Origin: a virus | Lineage: Duplodnaviria; Caudoviricetes | Virus record (IMG/VR): IMGVR_UViG_3300039159_000385 | Span: 1-57,239 of that record | DNA length: 57,239 bases | Strand: one strand, 5' to 3' | Shown: piece by piece, positions 54,942 through 57,239 of the stretch | Layout of the letters: each line of letters opens with the position of its first letter | How positions within the stretch are numbered: the first letter of the stretch is position 1 | Made by a program: the position numbers and the translations under genes | Notes under the pieces: generated by a model | The model's database searches: none | What the model was told of the DNA's origin: nothing | The model's input: the letters and a program-made list of their open reading frames with translations, nothing else

Positions 54942-54970
54942 AAGATAGGCCCCGTGTCGGTTGTCGTCAA
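54942..54970 (-). promoter_or_regulatory. Sigma70-type promoter (leaderless)
   Basis: TTGACG-17nt-TATCTT-7nt-ATG. Confidence 0.8.
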
Positions 54971-54977
54971 CATGGCA

Positions 54978-55487
54978 TTACCCTACGTGAACGACGCGCA
55001 ACAGGCGCATCTCGGTGTAGCCGGTCGAACAGTCGGCGCCGTCACGCTCGCCGTGCTCGTAGTGGTCGCAGTGCGACTCTCTCGTGTCCGGCATCGACGC
55101 CCACTCCGCGAACGTGCGTAGCTCGGCCGTCTCACGCGGCTCGGCGTCCAGCCACTCGCCCGTCACCCGATCCGCACGCACCTCGAACACCGGGTAGAGG
55201 CGCGGAGGCATGAACAGCGACAACGGCAACACCGTGCGCGACCACCCCGAGGGGATGCCAGGCTTGTCCACGCCGTTGTACTGCACCGGCACCTCGCGGC
55301 CCACCACCTCGCGCATCGTGGCGACCGCGTAGCGCAGCGCGTCCACCCCCTCACTCACCGGCACGCTCGACGCGCCGTCCAGCTCCACGTAGTTGAAACG
55401 GGGCACCACCATGTAGCGATTGGGCAAATACTGGCCCTCCTGCGGCTCGAAGCGCACTAGGATGTTATTGGCGTCCGTCGGTTGCAT
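54978..55487 (-). CDS. Hypothetical protein
   Basis: TGATG-coupled to DUF3560, after a strong GGAG RBS. Confidence 0.65.
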   Translation of the reverse strand: MQPTDANNILVRFEPQEGQYLPNRYMVVPRFNYVELDGASSVPVSEGVDALRYAVATMREVVGREVPVQYNGVDKPGIPSGWSRTVLPLSLFMPPRLYPVFEVRADRVTGEWLDAEPRETAELRTFAEWASMPDTRESHCDHYEHGERDGADCSTGYTEMRLLRVVHVG

Positions 55488-56272
55488 CACTCCCCCCCTC
55501 CAATCAGCCCGGCCAGGCGCCGGGCGTGCCACTCGGCACTATTGCCGAGCTTGCGCGTGAACCCGCCCCGCGTCGGGCTCCACAGGAACCCCGCCGAGCG
55601 CATCAACTTGTAGTGCTCCGTGCTCAAGCGCGCCGGGAACACCAGCGTCACCCGGTTATCGTCCGGGTCGATCGTCAGCACCACGCCGCCGGCCAGCTCG
55701 TCCCGGCTCGCCTCGACCGCCCGCGTCTCCTCAATCACCTCGACCCGCTTGGCCGCCGCGCGAATCCGGGCGCCCACGTTCGATAGCGACCAGGCCGGGA
55801 AAGGCTGCTTCTCCCACGAATACGCCGCCTCGATCACCGGCGCCCACGCCGCCAGCCCCTTCCCCGTCGCGGCGATCAGCCCGGCGTCGTCCTGCTTCTT
55901 CCACGCCGCATTGGCCGCCTTCATCTGGTCCCGTTTCCGTTCCAGGTCCGTCCGCTTGTCCGTCAACTTCTCCACCGCCTCCGGGTCGTCCGACGAAATG
56001 CCGGCCGACCCGACCGACGCCGCGCGTCGTTCCAGCTCGTCGGCCTCCTTCGCCCGGTCGCACGCCTTCCGCAGCCGGGCGTCCGACTTCGCCAGCGCGC
56101 CCCGGTGCCGCTTCTCGGAATGGTGCCCTACGAGAATCGGCTGCCCGAACGGGATCCCCGCCACAGCGTCGCGGCTGGCCTGAAACGCCGCGTCGCTCTC
56201 GGCTCTCGCCCGCTCGGCCGCCCGTTCCAGGCGCGCCCGGCGGCGCTCTTGGGTTGCCTCGTAGGCGTTCAC
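55487..56272 (-). CDS. DUF3560 domain protein
   Basis: IPFGQPILVGHHSEKRHR, ISSDDPEA..KL, N....IR....R, GF.WSP..G.F.R. Confidence 0.9.
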   Translation of the reverse strand: MNAYEATQERRRARLERAAERARAESDAAFQASRDAVAGIPFGQPILVGHHSEKRHRGALAKSDARLRKACDRAKEADELERRAASVGSAGISSDDPEAVEKLTDKRTDLERKRDQMKAANAAWKKQDDAGLIAATGKGLAAWAPVIEAAYSWEKQPFPAWSLSNVGARIRAAAKRVEVIEETRAVEASRDELAGGVVLTIDPDDNRVTLVFPARLSTEHYKLMRSAGFLWSPTRGGFTRKLGNSAEWHARRLAGLIGGGE

Positions 56273-56691
56273 GGCGCCACCTTCGCCGTCAACGCCGCCA
56301 GGGTCGCCGCCACTTCCGCGCTCGCCGGGTCCACCAGATACGCAGCCGCCAGCGCCCACGCGTCCGTCAGGATCGCCGCCGCCACGCTCCCCGTCGCCTT
56401 GTCGCTCCGCCGCGCTGCGGCTCGGAGCACCCGGCTCAGCGGCTTGTCGCGCGGCTCGGGGCAAAACATCACGAACGTTTCCGACTCCAACCCGCCAACC
56501 GGCTGCGACACCCGCGCCGGCTGCACATGCAGCATGATCCCGCGCCGCACCGAGTGGTACACCCGTACGGTTACCGCCCGCGTCCCCTCGTCGGTTACGT
56601 CTCCCGCGTCGAGCACCCGCACGCGCCAGGTCGGCCCCTCGCCCCGCATCGACTGCTCGACGCGCCACGGCGCCACGCTCCCGGCCATCAT
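56269..56691 (-). CDS. Hypothetical protein
   Basis: ATGA-coupled ORF. Confidence 0.6.
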   Translation of the reverse strand: MMAGSVAPWRVEQSMRGEGPTWRVRVLDAGDVTDEGTRAVTVRVYHSVRRGIMLHVQPARVSQPVGGLESETFVMFCPEPRDKPLSRVLRAAARRSDKATGSVAAAILTDAWALAAAYLVDPASAEVAATLAALTAKVAP

Positions 56692-57002
56692 CGGGCGGCC
56701 CGCTTCGTGCCCAGCAACGCATTGGCCGCGCGCGCCGTGTCGAACAGCCAGAACGAAAAATCGTCCACGCCCTCGAACACATTCGGGTGCGCCTTGAGCG
56801 TCGCCTGAAATAACTCGCGCTGCGCGAACAGCCACGACGCCGCCGCCAGGCCCATCGCCGCGTCGGTCGTCGCGGCGCCGTACTCGGCGCCGATCGAATA
56901 CTCGTAATAGTGCTGGTGCCGCACCACGCCCGCGTCTTTCAACTCGTGCGGAAACAGCAACCGCCCGCGTCGGCCAGGTGCCGCCTTGCTCGTTTTCGTC
57001 AT
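56688..57002 (-). CDS. Hypothetical protein
   Basis: First ORF after promoter 57081-57109, with a GGGGTGG RBS. Confidence 0.6.
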   Translation of the reverse strand: MTKTSKAAPGRRGRLLFPHELKDAGVVRHQHYYEYSIGAEYGAATTDAAMGLAAASWLFAQRELFQATLKAHPNVFEGVDDFSFWLFDTARAANALLGTKRAAR

Positions 57003-57080
57003 CGCCCACCCCGGAAAAAAACGTGAATCCTGCGCTCGCCAGGCTCGCCGCCCGACGCAAGCCGTACGGCTTGTGTGTAC

Positions 57081-57109
57081 AATGTAATACATAAACCGAC
57101 CGAACGCAA
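57081..57109 (-). promoter_or_regulatory. Sigma70-type early promoter
   Basis: TTGCGT-17nt-TACATT. Confidence 0.75.
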
Positions 57110-57169
57110 TACCGGCCGTCGCCGGGGCCGTCGCCTATCGTCCAGGGTGTCGGCTACCGTCCAGACCGC

Positions 57170-57239
57170 CGGGGCCGGGGCCGGTGCTCGGGGCCGGTGC
57201 CGGGGCCGGTGCTCGGTGCTCGGTGCTCGGTGCTCGGTG
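57170..57239 (+). repeat. GGGGCC units and a (GGTGCTC)n array running off the end
   Basis: Directly visible. The last 8 nt (GCTCGGTG) equal the first 8 nt of the window. Confidence 0.95.

Larger units (their letters stand above)
1..57239. mobile_element. Near-complete tailed dsDNA phage genome (Caudoviricetes, siphovirus-like)
   Basis: Complete head, tail, lysis and replication gene set, no host housekeeping genes, and both ends in the same repeat. Confidence 0.93.

Overview
This window looks like a near-complete, probably circularly permuted genome of a high-GC tailed dsDNA phage (siphovirus-like), with both ends broken inside the same (GGTGCTC)n array. Almost all genes lie on the minus strand. 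In transcription order they are: (i) an accessory/early region at 5.3 kb to 1 and 57.2 kb to 54.3 kb, with strong sigma70-type promoters, terminators, G-rich repeats, a RadC/JAB protein and DUF3560; (ii) a PAPS-reductase-like module; (iii) terminase, portal, an Acb1-like 2H phosphoesterase fused to an XkdF-like protease, scaffold, major capsid, neck and tail genes with a -1 frameshifted chaperone, tape measure, Dit and tail tip; (iv) lysis genes, an ECF sigma factor and putative fibre genes; (v) a CI/Cro-like switch, RecT, DUF2303, a C5 DNA methyltransferase with a nested second ORF, a DUF1376 initiator with internal iterons and a RecU-like resolvase. No integrase was recognised. The most unusual signal is a ~5.5 kb repeat-bounded early block (57035 through the junction to 5307) in which I found no GCG on the + strand, although CGC is common there and GCG is abundant elsewhere. 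A second strong signal is a six-copy late-promoter motif, GTTHCGCAC-N21-YASYVT, mostly driving leaderless mRNAs. All protein calls come from motif recognition by eye, with no database search; several start codons were trimmed manually from the ORF track.
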